A DNA stretch of 64,000 bases from Azolla caroliniana (taxonomy: Eukaryota > Plantae > Polypodiophyta), in assembly GCA_043228905.1 (NCBI GenBank), contig JBHGNT010000010.1, positions 1,302,001-1,366,000 on the forward strand, given 5' to 3'. This document shows positions 62,831 to 64,000 of this stretch, one piece after another. Each line of letters opens with the position of its first letter. Position 1 is the stretch's first letter. The translations under genes were made by a program, and so were the position numbers. The notes beneath the pieces are model-generated. The model ran no database searches. It saw only the letters and a list, made by a program, of their open reading frames with translations, and was not told the origin of the DNA.

Positions 62831-64000
62831 TTACGGAGAACCACTACTATAGCTAATATACATTGAGGATTCCTCTTCGTCATCGTCGGATGCACCAATC
62901 AATGCACTATCTCCATCATAAACCAAATGGTGTGACTCTAGATTATATGCAACAGATCTCATTTGCCTTCGACTCAAGCCATCTTCTAAACTTGGTAATT
63001 TATCTTTTATTATATCTATTGTTGACTTCCTTAAACGTCTAGCTTTTGTAAGCATCAAGTTGTACACAATGATATCCACATTTGAGATGTCAAGGGTCGA
63101 GGTGTTACGAATGTTTCATTTCCTCTTCCTACTTCCCTTTGTCGTCAGGCATTCCATCATCTCCAATGTAAAAGCATTTTCACTTCTAGTGTTGTACCAA
63201 TGCACTTTTATAAACTTGATCGTGTTTTCTATTTCATGCATTAGCGCGTCTAGAATTTTACCAATCCAAAATTGGTGGCCTTGTTCGTTGTCATCAGCAG
63301 GTGTTGCAATCAACATCCCCACCACGAGCTCTTGAAAATTTCCTTGCCATCTAGCTTCAGCTGCTTTGGTCATCCTTGGTCCCACATAAATGTCTCTTTG
63401 TTGTGGATGGACCAAACTGTCATTAATCGCATTAGTTGGTTACTCTGGAGTTTTATTTACACAATCATGTTGTAGCAACCATGTGAATGGCATTTCCAAA
63501 GTCCAATTATCACCAGATACACAATTGTCAATAATTCCTTTCTGATCACTATAAAACACATCCCACCATGACGTGTCTTGTTGTGCGGCATATTTCTTTG
63601 TGGCCTCAATATGCTTCCTTTTTTTTGTTAAGGCTTGGAGCCATAAGTGTTTTTGTTCTTCTACCAAGACATTATGCAACTGTCCTTTCATCTCAATTGG
63701 CATTTGTTTAGCTCCATAGACTATTGTACTCGGCATACAAAGTAAGAACTGGCAACCGCCTTCAGGTTCCCATTTTGTTGAAGATGAATATTGCTTGACA
63801 TACAAAAGCGTACAACCACTTATATCATTTTTCTTTATCAAAAAACTGTGATTGAAGCTCATATTGTTTAACTGGGCGAGCACTTTAACATTCCCATCAC
63901 CCCCATATGATATATATCTCTTGAAGTCATATACCTCCTTCAAGTGTAACACTTTTGGGCCTGGTGTGTATGCATCACAAAGGACATCAAACAGTTTTGG
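62831..64000 (-). pseudogene. Decayed C-terminal part of a probable DNA-transposon protein, running off the window
   Basis: Collinear broken ORFs 63440, 63116 and 62831; VYDFKRY...HSFLI and FWIGKI...VHWY recall transposon-associated proteins; family not identified. Confidence 0.4.

Noticed and set aside
1-64000. CRISPR arrays, rRNA genes or prokaryotic systems
   Set aside because: No repeat-spacer array or rRNA-like sequence; content is plant nuclear

Overview
Land-plant nuclear DNA, probably a fern (inferred from CHS signatures such as AYWEKSLD and [11 protein letters not shown]). About 55 kb of nested retrotransposons lie upstream of one intact two-exon chalcone-synthase-family (type III PKS) gene at 58013-59389. 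The nesting was rebuilt from LTR termini, PBS/PPT and target-site duplications (TSDs). (i) A Tat-like remnant (11859-16712) was hit by a tRNA-Trp-primed Ty3/gypsy (A2), which was hit by an intact-looking sibling (A1); the remnant also carries a related solo LTR (C). (ii) An RTEX-like LINE (about 19729-55300) was hit by a self-priming chromovirus (D), which holds two copia elements (E, F), and by a 3-LTR tandem dimer (B) of an AT-rich relative of A. A Mutator-like MITE and decayed LINE and DNA-transposon fragments flank the gene. Most notable: (1) all four visible insertion sites of the Trp-primed lineage have a central CpG, with 4-bp TSDs where both flanks are visible; (2) three LTR families carry antisense tRNA-like A/B-box modules in U3; (3) A and B share a covarying -1 frameshift pseudoknot and a pre-PPT hairpin; (4) D has a Tf1-type self-priming site; (5) the CHS-like enzyme has altered pocket residues. 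All calls were made by eye; no searches were run.
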